A stretch of DNA of 64,000 nucleotides from an uncultured Chroococcidiopsis sp. (GTDB lineage Bacteria; Cyanobacteriota; Cyanobacteriia; Cyanobacteriales; Chroococcidiopsidaceae). The position numbers and the translations under genes are program-made. This document shows, piece after piece, positions 10,002-21,013 of the stretch (the stretch's first letter is position 1; each line of letters begins with the position of its first letter). A model generated the notes under the pieces. The model saw only the letters and a list, made by a program, of their open reading frames with translations, was not told where the DNA came from and did not search any database. The DNA is taken from the NCBI GenBank assembly GCA_964248365.1, contig CAXTYC010000008.1, forward strand, positions 64,001-128,000, written 5' to 3'.

Positions 10002-10742
10002 ATGAGCGTAGCGAATCACCGTCGCATAATTATTGGGGATGTGCATGGACACTATGATGGTCTCATGACGTTACTAGAGGCGATCGCCCCTGGCTCAAAC
10101 GATCAAGTATACTTTTTGGGGGATCTAATTGATCGAGGTCCACAAAGCGCTCAAGTAGTTGATTTTGTCATGAAAAGTCCCTACAAATGCTTGCTGGGAA
10201 ATCATGAACAAATGCTGCTTGAGGTGTTGACTGGACGCGCTTCGAGTCAAGTAAGGCAAGCTTGGCTATATAGTGGTGGGTATGAAACTTTAACGAGTTA
10301 CCAAACAGTTACTATTCCCCACGAGCATATAGACTGGATACAAAACTTGCCCACCTATCTAGATTTAGGTGATATTTGGTTAGCTCATGCTGGTGTCGAT
10401 CCAAAACTCACGGTAGAAGAACAAACGATTGACCAGCTTTGCTGGGTACGCCATGAATTTCATAGTACGAGCAAACCTTATTTCCCTGATAAGCTGATTA
10501 TCGTTGGTCACACCATCACCTTTACTTTACCTGGGGTTCGTCCTGGTGAACTAGCCGCAGGACAAGGCTGGCTAGATATAGACACAGGTGCTTATCACCC
10601 AAAAAGCGGTTGGTTGACTGGAGTAGATATCACAAATCGGTTGGTATATCAAGTAGATGTTTATGATAAGTTAGTTCGTAAACTGCATCTTAAAGACGCA
10701 GTGACGCGGGTCAACCCCGCGCAGATACTAGCTAAGCTTTAG
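10002..10742 (+). CDS. Metallophosphoesterase (PPP/ApaH-like Ser/Thr phosphatase)
   Basis: GDVHG, GDLIDRG, GNHE, GHT, IDTG motifs. Confidence 0.92.
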   Translation: MSVANHRRIIIGDVHGHYDGLMTLLEAIAPGSNDQVYFLGDLIDRGPQSAQVVDFVMKSPYKCLLGNHEQMLLEVLTGRASSQVRQAWLYSGGYETLTSYQTVTIPHEHIDWIQNLPTYLDLGDIWLAHAGVDPKLTVEEQTIDQLCWVRHEFHSTSKPYFPDKLIIVGHTITFTLPGVRPGELAAGQGWLDIDTGAYHPKSGWLTGVDITNRLVYQVDVYDKLVRKLHLKDAVTRVNPAQILAKL

Positions 10743-10744
10743 GT

Positions 10745-11599
10745 TTAGCTTATTAAAGGTCGGATATTCGCTCTATAATCCGCACTGTCTAACCCGTTAC
10801 CCACATTCGCCTTTTGCGGATCAATTGCCTGTCTAAGTCTGACAATGCGGCTCTTTGTAGCTGGATGGGTACTCAAAAATGTTGGGGTAGAACCACCTAG
10901 CTTAAGTAACTTCTCCATAAATGAAACCATAGCAGATTGAGCATAACCAGCACGTCCTATAGTCTTCAGTCCAGAGGAGTCAGCTTCATATTCGTGTTCA
11001 CGGCTGTTAGGACGGCGCAGTGCTAACTCTACACCAATTTGCACTGCTTGGTTACGGTCTACTCCAGCTGCCGTCGCAACGCTACCTGCGATCGCAGTTT
11101 CTCGCATCTGCTTGATCAAATGCCGACGAGCAATATGACCAATTTCATGACCTAAGACACTGGCTAACTGGGCCTCATTATCAGCGGTTTTTAGCAATGC
11201 GGTTGTGACATATACATAGCCGCCAGCTGTAGCAAAAGCATTAACACTATCACTTTCCACCACTTGGAATTTATAGGGGAGATTGGGGCGATCGCTATAT
11301 TCTGCCAACCGCTGACCAACTCGATTGACATAATCATTTACACTTTTATTGCGATAAAGCTGAAACTCTCTCCCCACCATTTGTTCATTAATCTGCTTCC
11401 CAAGCTGAATTTCCTCTTGGTCGGAAACATTAGAAAGTTGAATCACTTGAACTCCCTGACGAATCAAGTCAAACCAAGGAACGGCTTGTGATGGTTGGGG
11501 CGAATTTGCGATTAAACCGAACGCCACCAAGAAAGACAGTAAAGGATAAATCCGGCGGTGCTGGAAACGACGGGAGAAAAAAGACAACAGGTTAAACAT
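10745..11599 (-). CDS. M48 family Zn metalloprotease
   Basis: NAFATAGG, HEIGH, EYEAD, STHP motifs; signal peptide. Confidence 0.93.
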   Translation of the reverse strand: MFNLLSFFSRRFQHRRIYPLLSFLVAFGLIANSPQPSQAVPWFDLIRQGVQVIQLSNVSDQEEIQLGKQINEQMVGREFQLYRNKSVNDYVNRVGQRLAEYSDRPNLPYKFQVVESDSVNAFATAGGYVYVTTALLKTADNEAQLASVLGHEIGHIARRHLIKQMRETAIAGSVATAAGVDRNQAVQIGVELALRRPNSREHEYEADSSGLKTIGRAGYAQSAMVSFMEKLLKLGGSTPTFLSTHPATKSRIVRLRQAIDPQKANVGNGLDSADYRANIRPLIS

Positions 11600-11917
11600 G
11601 ACACCCAGTTATGTTAACAAGATTGAAAATATAAGAAGATTCCTGAACTAAGACACCCAGGAACCCCGAATTATGCTTAAAAAATAGACGGACAAAAATA
11701 GCTCTGAGTTGCCATTTCCCACTCTCGATCTAAAAATGCATATTTGCCTCACACCCCAGGCTGCTGTAAAAAAACATCTCACCACTACTAGCCAAGATAT
11801 GAAGCTCTAAGCTAAGCTTACCCCGATCCTAAAATATCGACCGTTGCCCCCGTCGTGTTAATCTGGCACAAGACAATTGCCAGAAAGCTTTTTTACATTT
11901 AGCTTTCTTTGGACTAT

Positions 11918-12442
11918 ATGAAAATTTTGGATTCTCAAGGGCGTTTATTTGGTAAGGTCAGCATCCTCGATCTCGGAGCAACCTTAGTAATTTTGCTGGT
12001 TGTAGTGGGCATCTTTTTCTTTCCTGGTACTTCCGGCGCTCAAATCGGCGCTACTACCAAACCAGTAGAGATTGATGTAGTTGCTAGAGGTCTTAGTATA
12101 CGCGATCCACAACAACTGTTTGAACAAGGCTTGAAACCAGGCGGTAAGACAAATATCATTATCCGCAATCAGCCTCACGGACAAATTGACGTTAAATCTG
12201 TCCAACAGCTACCCAGAACTACACTTGTACCTCAACCCGATGGATCAGTTAAAGATTTACCTGATCCTAGAGATAACCAATACGTGATGGATATGCTAGT
12301 GACATTGGCAGGTAAAGCTCAAATCACAAGTAATGGTCCAGTAATAGGCAACAGCAAACTCAAAATCGGCGTTCCTGTCGAGCTAGAAGGCTTCAACTAC
12401 GACTTTAACACCACTGTTATTGATATGCGGTTCAAAGAATAA
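11918..12442 (+). CDS. DUF4330 family protein
   Basis: MKILDSQGRLFGKVSILD N-terminus plus TM helix. Confidence 0.8.
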   Translation: MKILDSQGRLFGKVSILDLGATLVILLVVVGIFFFPGTSGAQIGATTKPVEIDVVARGLSIRDPQQLFEQGLKPGGKTNIIIRNQPHGQIDVKSVQQLPRTTLVPQPDGSVKDLPDPRDNQYVMDMLVTLAGKAQITSNGPVIGNSKLKIGVPVELEGFNYDFNTTVIDMRFKE

Positions 12443-12474
12443 TCGTTTCGAGTTGGATATTCCTCATGATGGCA

Positions 12475-12592
12475 GCAGGGGGGCAGAGGGGCAGAGGAGC
12501 TTCAGGTGCAGGGGAGAAATCCTCTCTAGCCTCTGGTTCCTCTGGTTCCTCTGGTTCCTCTAGCCCCTAGCCACTAGCCTCTAGCCCCCAGC
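12475..12592. repeat. Mixed STRR arrays (GGGGCAG/CCTCTGGTT/CCCCTAG)
   Basis: Tandem 7-9-mers; a near-identical block recurs at ~24433-24522. Confidence 0.75.
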
Positions 12593-12611
12593 CGACCGCC
12601 CCTTAGTATGG

Positions 12612-13535
12612 CTACTGGAGTGCAACTGTCTCGGATTGGGTGAGCAAGGGGAAAAATTGCCGAATTAAGCCAATCGTTACCGCTGGTAGTTCTAATTGGG
12701 GTGTCAATCCGACTTCTTCTAGGGGTTGAAAAATCTTGATTGCTTGGGGATTTATAGCAGCAAATCGCCGACCAATTTCTGGACTGGTGAACTGAGACTT
12801 TTGACCCCAAATAATCGCTGTAGGAACGGTTAACTGAGGAATATAAAGCGATAAATCAAAGCACAAGTCGCCGCGCACAAAAGATAGTGCGGCGTACTCA
12901 GCGTTGGGCTGGGAAGCAGATTCTAGGTAAGCGTCTACAATCTCTTGGTAGATTCGTTCTGGGCGGGCGAATTGACGCTCCTCTAGGAAAGAGCGAATGC
13001 CGTTACTGTTGGCAACGCCCGTGCTGTAGAGTAATCGATCTAGAATCGGGACGCTGATTATTTGAGCAAAAAAGCTGCGAGTATAGTTTTCCCCAAAGTC
13101 GGATAGTCCAGCAGGAGTGGTTAAGATTAAAGACTTGAATAATTCAGGACGGGCGATCGCCACTCTAATTGTAAATGCAGCAGTCAAGGAAGAAGCAATT
13201 ACTCTAACTGCACCGTTACAGGTTTGTTCTAAGAACTCTGTAATAGTAGTCAGGTAATCTTCTATGCGGTAGTTTCGTGCAGGATGCTCCGAACGACCCC
13301 ACCCGATCAAGTCTGGCGCTATAATGCGATATTCTGCTGCGAAAGCCGGATAAACCTTTGACCACTCATAAGCAGAAGACCCACCACCAAAGCCATGCAA
13401 AAATACCAATGTCTCCAAATTTTCTGATTCAATAGCTTTTGATTGACTCCAAGGCAACCCAGAATTTGTATAGTAAACCATTCTGCCCTTGCTCGTCATC
13501 ACAGAGCGTTGTTCAAACCCAGGTGGCACAAACAT
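12612..13535 (-). CDS. Alpha/beta hydrolase fold protein
   Basis: LVFLHGFGGG, APDLIGWGRS motifs. Confidence 0.88.
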   Translation of the reverse strand: MFVPPGFEQRSVMTSKGRMVYYTNSGLPWSQSKAIESENLETLVFLHGFGGGSSAYEWSKVYPAFAAEYRIIAPDLIGWGRSEHPARNYRIEDYLTTITEFLEQTCNGAVRVIASSLTAAFTIRVAIARPELFKSLILTTPAGLSDFGENYTRSFFAQIISVPILDRLLYSTGVANSNGIRSFLEERQFARPERIYQEIVDAYLESASQPNAEYAALSFVRGDLCFDLSLYIPQLTVPTAIIWGQKSQFTSPEIGRRFAAINPQAIKIFQPLEEVGLTPQLELPAVTIGLIRQFFPLLTQSETVALQ

Positions 13536-13619
13536 GGATCTACCTCATGTAAGCTATTTCTTCTATGGTGGTTGATTTTTCTGTCAATTATCAATAGACT
13601 TCTTGCCACGCCCGATGAA

Positions 13620-13760
13620 TTGGGAAAAGGGAAAAGGGTAAAAGGGTAAAGGGTAAGGGTAAAGAGGTATTGCGGTAATTTCTCCCCCTCTCCCTCTGCT
13701 CCCTCTGCTCCCTCTGCTCCCCTGCCTTCCCTAGCCCCTAGCCCCTAGCCCCTAGTCCCT
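13620..13760. repeat. STRR arrays (AAAGGGT, CTCCCTCTG, CCCCTAG)
   Basis: Tandem short units in intergenic DNA. Confidence 0.75.
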
Positions 13761-14289
13761 ACTTTAAAGGTTCTGCTTTCTCGACTGATTTATCATTTAC
13801 TCCCAAAGTTAGCTGCAAAGGTATCTTTTGCGGATAAGCTTTGACTACTTGCCTGTATACCTGATAGTTTGTAGGCAAAGTGAAATTGCGATCGCCCTGG
13901 CGATAACTCATCTGATACTCGACAGACTTCACTAACTGGGGTGTAGTTGCTTGTTCCCCTGGGCGTTTTCTTTGTTCAACCTCGTCTACAGTCGGTCGTG
14001 GCGGTAGATGGGGCCACCACAACCCTCTATCATCTGGACCAATTACCGCCCCGTCTGGTTTAATGCCGTTACGATTTAGCAACGAAGTAGAGGTAAAAGT
14101 TTCAAATCGGGGCATTTTATCACTTGTCGGGTTGATAGAATATTTAACTTGCCAAGTGTAAGTAGTTTTCGCTGTCGCTTCATATTGGTCAGTAGTCACA
14201 TTAGAGCAGCCAGTAAGGGTAATGGCACTCAAAATCACACCACCAATTACCACTTGCTGACTCCGCCAGAAATCGCTATTAGGACTCAT
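13759..14289 (-). CDS. Hypothetical lipoprotein
   Basis: Lipobox LTGC after a hydrophobic stretch. Confidence 0.75.
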   Translation of the reverse strand: MSPNSDFWRSQQVVIGGVILSAITLTGCSNVTTDQYEATAKTTYTWQVKYSINPTSDKMPRFETFTSTSLLNRNGIKPDGAVIGPDDRGLWWPHLPPRPTVDEVEQRKRPGEQATTPQLVKSVEYQMSYRQGDRNFTLPTNYQVYRQVVKAYPQKIPLQLTLGVNDKSVEKAEPLK

Positions 14290-14471
14290 AATACTTAGCC
14301 GGACATTTTGAAAGACAAATTGATACCATTTCGTTTTAGTGCTGCTATATTTGGAGCGCTAGAATTTCCACATGGTAAGGGCGGGTTTAAAAAAAGCCCT
14401 GTGCAAAAACAGACACCTTAGAAAAACCAGCCCCAACCTATGCCAAAATCTAAAATCCAAAATTCTATCAG

Positions 14472-15173
14472 ATGCATCTGGCTCCGTTTTTACCCCTAAT
14501 GTACCGAATTCTTCAGCCCACTTTTCCTAGCTGCTTGTGGTCAGGGAATCCCAATTCAAAAGCGATCGCTTTGACTTTTGACGACGGTCCCCATCCAAGC
14601 TATACTCCTCAACTGCTGGAAGTTTTAGACCACTACTCAATTCCCGCCAGTTTTTTTTGGTTGGGTGCTTGTGTTAACCGTTCAAAAGCGATCGCCAAAG
14701 CTATATATCAACGGGGACACTGGATCGGCAATCACGGTTACGATCATCGCTCTTTTCCCTTACTCACAACCGCTCAACTTAAGCAAAGCTTGCAAGCAAC
14801 CGAAGAAGCGGTAGCAAAGGCTTGCTGTGAGCCTAATTTGAGCATCCGCGACGTTCGACCACCCAATGGTTTATTTACACCCCATACCTTAAACTTATTA
14901 CACCAATGGGGCTACAGACCTGTAATGTGGAGCGTTGTTCCTGAAGACTGGGTTCGACCTGGTATTTCTGTCGTCGTGCAGCGAGTCCTCCACCAGGTTG
15001 AAAACGGTTCACAAATTGTATTACACGATGGTGCTTGCGGTGGACAAGACGTTGCCGCTACTGTTGCCTTACTAGTTCCCCAATTACTTAACATTGGTTA
15101 TGAATTTGTAACGGTAGATACTCTGTGGCAAAAAGCCCAATCCCTTACAGATAGCGCCAGAGCGCGATTTTAA
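14472..15173 (+). CDS. Polysaccharide deacetylase (NodB/CE4)
   Basis: LTFDDGP, GNHGYDH, RPPNG, IVLHDG motifs. Confidence 0.93.
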   Translation: MHLAPFLPLMYRILQPTFPSCLWSGNPNSKAIALTFDDGPHPSYTPQLLEVLDHYSIPASFFWLGACVNRSKAIAKAIYQRGHWIGNHGYDHRSFPLLTTAQLKQSLQATEEAVAKACCEPNLSIRDVRPPNGLFTPHTLNLLHQWGYRPVMWSVVPEDWVRPGISVVVQRVLHQVENGSQIVLHDGACGGQDVAATVALLVPQLLNIGYEFVTVDTLWQKAQSLTDSARARF

Positions 15174-16073
15174 CTCTACCTCAATTACCAAGATTTGCTT
15201 AGAAACAGTGAATTTCTCATGATCTTGCTGTCAGACCGCTTCTGAATTCACTACAATGGCAAAGAAAAGTTTATCAATTTGTCAAGCGCATTTATGTTGA
15301 AATTTTAGCACTTTCTCGGTTAACTTGTGATTATGACTGAAAGCTTGAATTTCAGTTAATCTACAAACAGGTGCGATGTTGCTGTTGCTATTGCCGCAAC
15401 TTTTAAGTTAAGGCATGATGCAAAACTCGGTTGTTTGCTAGCTTAAGAGCTAATCAAATAGCAAGAAAGCGCTAATGACAGAGGTAGCTCGAAAGTCAAT
15501 AAATGAAGAAAGGGTAAAGATAGGTGACTCAAAACCTCTTTGCTTGCCAAACATAAACAGGCAAAAACTGACTAATCACCCTCTTCACCCTGACAAACTA
15601 GAATTGAATGCAAAGGTTCTCTTGTGTTTTAACTAATGGGTAAAATCACGCCAATTTTCTCCAAATTTTTGGAGATGTCTCTAAAATAAAACAGCAGGTG
15701 TGACTGCGGCTTTTGAAAAATTAGACTCGACTCACATTCTGACTACATGATTAGAACATTAAATGCGTGCAATTTTTGTGAAACAGGCTACAATCGGAAG
15801 GGTCTTTACGATACCCAAAGATTAATAGAGCCATTGGTGCTTTTATTAATCGCCAGATTTTACAACTTAACTAGAAGTCAGTTCTAGATTAATCAGCCAG
15901 CTACTGTGTGTTTCAAGGGTCCACAATCTAGCTGATCCTATGCTGGAATTCGCTAATGAATCTCCAAGCTACAATCGCTCTTCGCCATACGCCTTTGGCT
16001 GACATCATAAGAGCAATAAATAAATTTTGAGTGACTAATTGTTTGTTGAATCAAGGAGCATGAGGAACGCGGC

Positions 16074-17261
16074 ATGAACCAGGCTAATAACGTACTACTC
16101 GCAAACATTGAGCAGCCCCACCTCGAAACAGTTCATCAATCTGATTCGGAGAGCGATTTTGAATTCTTAATCGATGTAGAAGAGGAGGAATTGCAAGCCA
16201 TAAACGTTGATGAAAATGATGAATTTTTAGAGGCTCAGCCTGACGAGGATGACGCTAAGTCTGGGAAAGCCGGAAAGTCTCGGCGGCGGACACAAGCTAA
16301 GAAAAAGCAATATACAGAAGACTCAATTCGTCTCTACTTGCAAGAAATTGGTAGAATTCGGCTGTTGCGGGCAGACGAAGAAATTGAACTAGCGCGGAAA
16401 ATTGCCGATTTATTGGAATTAGAGCGAGTTAGAGAAAGACTTTCCGAACAGTTGGAACGCAGCCCCTCGGATAGCGAATGGGCTGAAGCGGTAAAGTCGT
16501 CAAGTTTGAAAACATTTCAAAATCGCGTCCACATCGGACGACGGGCAAAGGAAAAGATGGTACAGTCTAACCTGAGACTGGTGGTTTCCATTGCTAAGAA
16601 ATACATGAATCGGGGTTTGTCGTTCCAAGACTTGATTCAAGAAGGCTCTTTAGGTCTGATTCGGGCGGCGGAAAAGTTTGACCACGAAAAAGGATACAAG
16701 TTTTCAACCTACGCTACATGGTGGATTCGTCAGGCAATTACCAGGGCTATAGCTGACCAATCTCGCACGATTCGACTACCAGTTCACCTTTACGAAACCA
16801 TCTCTCGGATCAAGAAAACTACTAAACTGCTGTCTCAAGAAATGGGTCGCAAGCCGACAGAAGAAGAAATTGCTACCCGTATGGAAATGACCATTGAGAA
16901 GCTGCGGTTTATTGCTAAATCCGCTCAACTGCCAATTTCCCTAGAAACGCCCATCGGTAAAGAAGAAGATTCCCGACTGGGCGATTTTATTGAGTCTGAC
17001 GGGGAAACGCCAGAAGATCAAGTTTCTAAGAATCTCTTGCGTGAAGATTTGGAAAAAGTTTTAGATAGCCTCAGTCCCCGTGAACGGGATGTTTTAAGAC
17101 TGCGCTATGGTTTAGATGACGGTCGGATGAAGACTCTGGAAGAAATTGGGCAAATCTTTAACGTCACAAGGGAGCGAATTCGGCAAATTGAGGCGAAAGC
17201 ACTACGCAAGTTGCGCCATCCCAATCGCAACAGTGTATTAAAAGAATACATCCGCTCGTAG
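16074..17261 (+). CDS. sigA: Principal RNA polymerase sigma factor
   Basis: Regions 1.2-4 intact ([36 protein letters not shown]); cyanobacterial SigA N-terminus. Confidence 0.97.
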   Translation: MNQANNVLLANIEQPHLETVHQSDSESDFEFLIDVEEEELQAINVDENDEFLEAQPDEDDAKSGKAGKSRRRTQAKKKQYTEDSIRLYLQEIGRIRLLRADEEIELARKIADLLELERVRERLSEQLERSPSDSEWAEAVKSSSLKTFQNRVHIGRRAKEKMVQSNLRLVVSIAKKYMNRGLSFQDLIQEGSLGLIRAAEKFDHEKGYKFSTYATWWIRQAITRAIADQSRTIRLPVHLYETISRIKKTTKLLSQEMGRKPTEEEIATRMEMTIEKLRFIAKSAQLPISLETPIGKEEDSRLGDFIESDGETPEDQVSKNLLREDLEKVLDSLSPRERDVLRLRYGLDDGRMKTLEEIGQIFNVTRERIRQIEAKALRKLRHPNRNSVLKEYIRS

Positions 17262-17348
17262 AGAGCAAAGGGGAGCGGGGGAAGCAAAAGGAAGCTGGGG
17301 GGAAAAGCCATTAGCTATTCCCTAACACTAGTCTCTAAGATAGCCACT

Positions 17349-17390
17349 AAAAAGACTTGGGAGTGTTTACATGACTTCCCAAGTCTTTTT
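17349..17390. terminator. Bidirectional terminator between sigA and hli
   Basis: AAAAAGACTTGGGA...TTCCCAAGTCTTTTT. Confidence 0.8.
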
Positions 17391-17416
17391 ATTTCAGGCG
17401 ATTTGTAATTTTAAAC

Positions 17417-17596
17417 CTACATGATACCCCAGTAGTGGAGAAATCCTTGACCAGAAAACAGTTCAATTAGGGCGGCGGCTAGAAAGCCAATCATTGCTAA
17501 ACGACCGTTCCAAATTTCGGCTTGAGGAGTGAAACCCCAACGCCAAGCATTGCGATCTTCCATTACGGGAGTAGTAATTTTTGTTGTGTTTTGCAT
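17417..17596 (-). CDS. hli: High-light-inducible protein (HLIP), copy 1
   Basis: Manual translation ...WGFTPQAEIWNGRLAMIGFLAAALIELFSGQGFLHYWGIM*; 59 aa, below the ORF cutoff. Confidence 0.95.
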   Translation of the reverse strand: MQNTTKITTPVMEDRNAWRWGFTPQAEIWNGRLAMIGFLAAALIELFSGQGFLHYWGIM

Positions 17597-17741
17597 AGTT
17601 GCTGCTCCTGATTAGTTTTTGTAACATTTTGTTGAACTCTGTAAACTAATATAATATATGCTTGCCAAAAATGCAAGCATTTTTCTAGGAATTATTATCA
17701 ACTATTTGGCTGAAATAGTAACAAGATATATCTATAAAAAA

Positions 17742-17773
17742 CCGGTGGGAGCTAGTTTCCACGCTCCCACCGG
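17742..17773 (-). terminator. Hairpin terminator after hli copy 2
   Basis: CCGGTGGGAGC...GCTCCCACCGG with A-run on the left (U-tail on the minus strand). Confidence 0.7.
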
Positions 17774-17818
17774 AATTAATTACTGATACTTTATGCTAAA
17801 TATTGTAAGAATTAATAG

Positions 17819-17998
17819 TTACAGAATGCCCCAATAGTGGAGGAAACCTTGACCAGAAAACAGTTCAATTAGGGCAGCAGCTACGAAGCCAATCATTGCT
17901 AAACGACCGTTCCAGATCTCGGCTTGAGGAGTAAAACCCCAACGCCAAGCATTACGGTCATCCATCACCAAAGTAGTGATTTTTGTTGAGTTTTGCAT
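17819..17998 (-). CDS. hli: High-light-inducible protein (HLIP), copy 2
   Basis: Manual translation MQNSTKITTLVMDDRNAWRWGFTPQAEIWNGRLAMIGFVAAALIELFSGQGFLHYWGIL*. Confidence 0.95.
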   Translation of the reverse strand: MQNSTKITTLVMDDRNAWRWGFTPQAEIWNGRLAMIGFVAAALIELFSGQGFLHYWGIL

Positions 17999-18033
17999 GA
18001 TTTTGTTAAGCGTTGAGTTTAGTTTTGTGAAGC

Positions 18034-18062
18034 AATGTAAGTTGTATGTAAATAAATGTAAC
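18034..18062 (-). promoter_or_regulatory. HLR1 (RpaB-binding) direct repeat
   Basis: Minus strand GTTACATT-TA-TTTACATA matches (G/T)TTACA(T/A)(T/A)-N2 repeat; third half-site CTTACATT. Confidence 0.8.
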
Positions 18063-18213
18063 AGATTAGCTGGCCAGTTATCTCTCTCTTAGGTAGTTGA
18101 TGAGGGAATAAGGAGACAGAAGTCAGAAGTCAGAAGTCAGAATTCGGAATATTTAATTCCCCTCTGCTCCCAAAGCGCGAACCTGCTCCCCTGCTAAGAT
18201 CGCCCCTAGCCCC

Positions 18214-19524
18214 TCAGTTTGATGCTTTGATTGCTTTGCCAGTGTCAGGGTCAAAGAAATGGATCTTCTCCGGTGTGAGCGATAGCCATAATTGCTCACC
18301 AATACTCACAATGCGGTCAGGGGGAATTCGCACTTGTAGGGGAGTGGTGGCGGTATTGGTTGTACCAACTGGAATAACAGAAAGATAAGTTTCGTTACCC
18401 AGAGCTTCTACAAGTTCGACTTGAACTGGCAAATTTTTAGTCGCGGCTACACTCAAGCTTAGGTGTTCTGGTCGGATACCCAAAATTAAAGATCTTTGGT
18501 CGTACTTTTGTAGTTCCTTTGCCCAGATATCTGGGAGAGTAAAGCGAAACTGGGGATGATTAATTAACAGTGGGGCATGAAACTGTACTGGGAGGAAGTT
18601 CATCGGCGGTGAACCAATGAATTCGGCGACAAATTGAGTAGCAGGGCGATTGTAAAGTTCCAAAGGGTGAGCAACTTGTTCGATCTGACCTTGATGCATG
18701 ACAGCAATACGATCGCCCATCGTCATTGCTTCTGTCTGATCGTGAGTAACGTAAATAGTTGTTGTTCCAAGCTGACGCTGGAGTTTGACGATTTGGGCGC
18801 GGGTTTCGGCGCGGAGTTTAGCATCGAGGTTGGAAAGCGGTTCATCCATCAAAAAGACTTGAGGATTACGAGCGATCGCCCTACCCAATGCTACCCGTTG
18901 CTTTTGTCCGCCGGATAACTGCTTTGGTAAACGCTTTAACAAAGATTCGATTTGTAATAACCCTGCCACACTCCGCACTCTTTGATCGACTGCGCGTTCG
19001 CAGGCGGTCATATAACGCAGCCCTTTGGGTAGCGATCGCGTCATCCCCACTAATAAATTCTCAGTCCATACGGGAGTTTTTGCTCCCCCATCCCCTCTTG
19101 CTCCCCCAGCTCTAGTTCTTCGCAGTCCAAAAGCGATGTTGTCATAAACACTCATGTGGGGATAGAGGGCATAGTTTTGAAACACCATAGCGATGTCTCT
19201 TGCCTTTGGCGGTAGATCGTTAACTAGGCGATCGCCTACCCAGATGTTGCCCCCGCTAATTTGCTCAAGTCCGGCAATTAACCGCAAAAGGGTACTTTTA
19301 CCGCAGCCAGAAGGTCCCACCAGCACCATAAACTCTCCGTCTGACACTGTCAAATTAATACGCTGCAAGACGTTGATGTTTTCTGACTGGGCAACGTCAC
19401 TTTTTAGCTTAGAAGTTGCCTCGACTGGGGTGAGGAGCGGTTCTGCTGCTACTGGGACTACGGCTCGTTCACCAGGACGAGCGGGAAAGCTTTTGTAAAC
19501 GTTTTCTAGAACAACCTGCGCCAC
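18214..19524 (-). CDS. Carbohydrate ABC transporter ATP-binding protein (MalK/UgpC-like)
   Basis: GPSGCGKST, LSGGQKQRVALGRA, FLMDEPLSNLD; C-terminal TOBE region. Confidence 0.93.
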   Translation of the reverse strand: MAQVVLENVYKSFPARPGERAVVPVAAEPLLTPVEATSKLKSDVAQSENINVLQRINLTVSDGEFMVLVGPSGCGKSTLLRLIAGLEQISGGNIWVGDRLVNDLPPKARDIAMVFQNYALYPHMSVYDNIAFGLRRTRAGGARGDGGAKTPVWTENLLVGMTRSLPKGLRYMTACERAVDQRVRSVAGLLQIESLLKRLPKQLSGGQKQRVALGRAIARNPQVFLMDEPLSNLDAKLRAETRAQIVKLQRQLGTTTIYVTHDQTEAMTMGDRIAVMHQGQIEQVAHPLELYNRPATQFVAEFIGSPPMNFLPVQFHAPLLINHPQFRFTLPDIWAKELQKYDQRSLILGIRPEHLSLSVAATKNLPVQVELVEALGNETYLSVIPVGTTNTATTPLQVRIPPDRIVSIGEQLWLSLTPEKIHFFDPDTGKAIKASN

Positions 19525-19744
19525 AAGCTTTAATTGCTAATCGCTAATTGTTAAATTGCTAACAGCTTTTGATCGTAACTTTGACCTACAAGAAGAATTA
19601 CGCTACTTCGCAATTCTCAAATCAATCCTATAGGGGTGCAAAATATTTACCACAAATTTAATTAAAATGCAAATAAAAGTTGAGAAAACAGCACTATCTG
19701 TAAAAGGAAGACTAGAGTGATGTTAAGTCTGTAAGGAGTCTGCT

Positions 19745-21013
19745 ATGGCTACTGACTTTATTCCTACTGCATCCCCAAATGACACCCTAACAGCAAACCA
19801 TGAAATTCTAGACGTGCAAACGATAGACTGCTGTATTGTAGGTGGTGGTCCAGCGGGAGCCGTATTAGCGTTGTTGCTGGCACGTCAAGGCATAGCAGTG
19901 ATGCTGCTGGAAGCACACAAAGACTTTGAGCGAGAATTTCGAGGCGACACAATTCACCCATCAGTCATGGAGATTATGGAGGAATTGGGTTTAGCCGATC
20001 GCTTGCTTCAATTGCACCATTCCAAGCTACGCCAAGTAAATATTCAGACCCAGGAAGAAACCTTTACCCTGGCTGATTTCAGTCATTTGAAAACAAAGTA
20101 TCCTTACATCACCGTGCTACCCCAAGCACGCTTTTTGGAGTTCATCACTGGGGAGGCAAAACATTATCCAAACTTTCAGCTTATTTTGGGTGCAAATGTA
20201 CAAGAACTAATTGAGGAAGGAGGGGAGATCCGAGGTGTGCGCTATCGGGGGCATGGTGGCTGGCACGAAGTTAGGGCGCTCCTTACAGTCGGTGCAGATG
20301 GTCGCCACTCCCGTCTGCGACAACTAGCAGGGTTTAAGCCGATTGAAACCTCGCCACCAATGGACGTTTTGTGGTTCCGTCTGCCAAGATCGGCAGATGA
20401 AGCTGAAGGTTTGAATGGTCGTATAGGTAGAGGTCACATTATTGCTATGGTCGATCGCTCTGATTACTGGCAGATTGGCTTTGTCATTCCAAAAGGCGGC
20501 TACCAACAGTTGCGTACTGCTGGAATGGAGACGCTAAGACAGTCGCTGGTTGAGGTAGTAGGGGAATTGCGCGATCGCGTAGAACTACTAAAAGATTGGT
20601 CACAAGTGGCGTTTCTTTGTGTTGAGTCAAGTCGCCTGCCTCAATGGTATCGTGCTGGCTTACTGTTAATTGGTGACGCTGCCCATGTCATGTCACCTGT
20701 TGGCGGAGTTGGGATCAACTACGCGATTGGGGATGCAGTTGCAGTAGCCAACGTGCTGAGTGAAAAGCTGAAGACGGGTAAATTGCAACCACGCGACTTA
20801 GCCAAAGTACAGCGGCGACGCGAGTTACCAATACGGTTCATTCAAGCTTTTCAATCCTTCATTCAAGAGCAAATTTTTGTCCGAGCGCTTAACACACAGC
20901 AACGTTTTCAGCCTCCAGCTTTCTTGCGAGTGCCAATTTTGCGCGATCTGCCAGCACGGTTGATTGCTTTTGGGTTGTGGTCACCTCATGTGAATAAAGC
21001 AATTAGGAATTAG
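19745..21013 (+). CDS. FAD-dependent oxidoreductase/monooxygenase (UbiH-like fold)
   Basis: GGGPAG, GADG, GDAAH...GGVGIN motifs. Confidence 0.9.
   Translation: MATDFIPTASPNDTLTANHEILDVQTIDCCIVGGGPAGAVLALLLARQGIAVMLLEAHKDFEREFRGDTIHPSVMEIMEELGLADRLLQLHHSKLRQVNIQTQEETFTLADFSHLKTKYPYITVLPQARFLEFITGEAKHYPNFQLILGANVQELIEEGGEIRGVRYRGHGGWHEVRALLTVGADGRHSRLRQLAGFKPIETSPPMDVLWFRLPRSADEAEGLNGRIGRGHIIAMVDRSDYWQIGFVIPKGGYQQLRTAGMETLRQSLVEVVGELRDRVELLKDWSQVAFLCVESSRLPQWYRAGLLLIGDAAHVMSPVGGVGINYAIGDAVAVANVLSEKLKTGKLQPRDLAKVQRRRELPIRFIQAFQSFIQEQIFVRALNTQQRFQPPAFLRVPILRDLPARLIAFGLWSPHVNKAIRN

Noticed and set aside
15174..16073. 900-nt gap before sigA as a riboswitch or ncRNA
   Set aside because: No recognisable RNA motif; long multi-promoter leaders are normal for cyanobacterial sigA, and an sRNA cannot be supported from sequence alone
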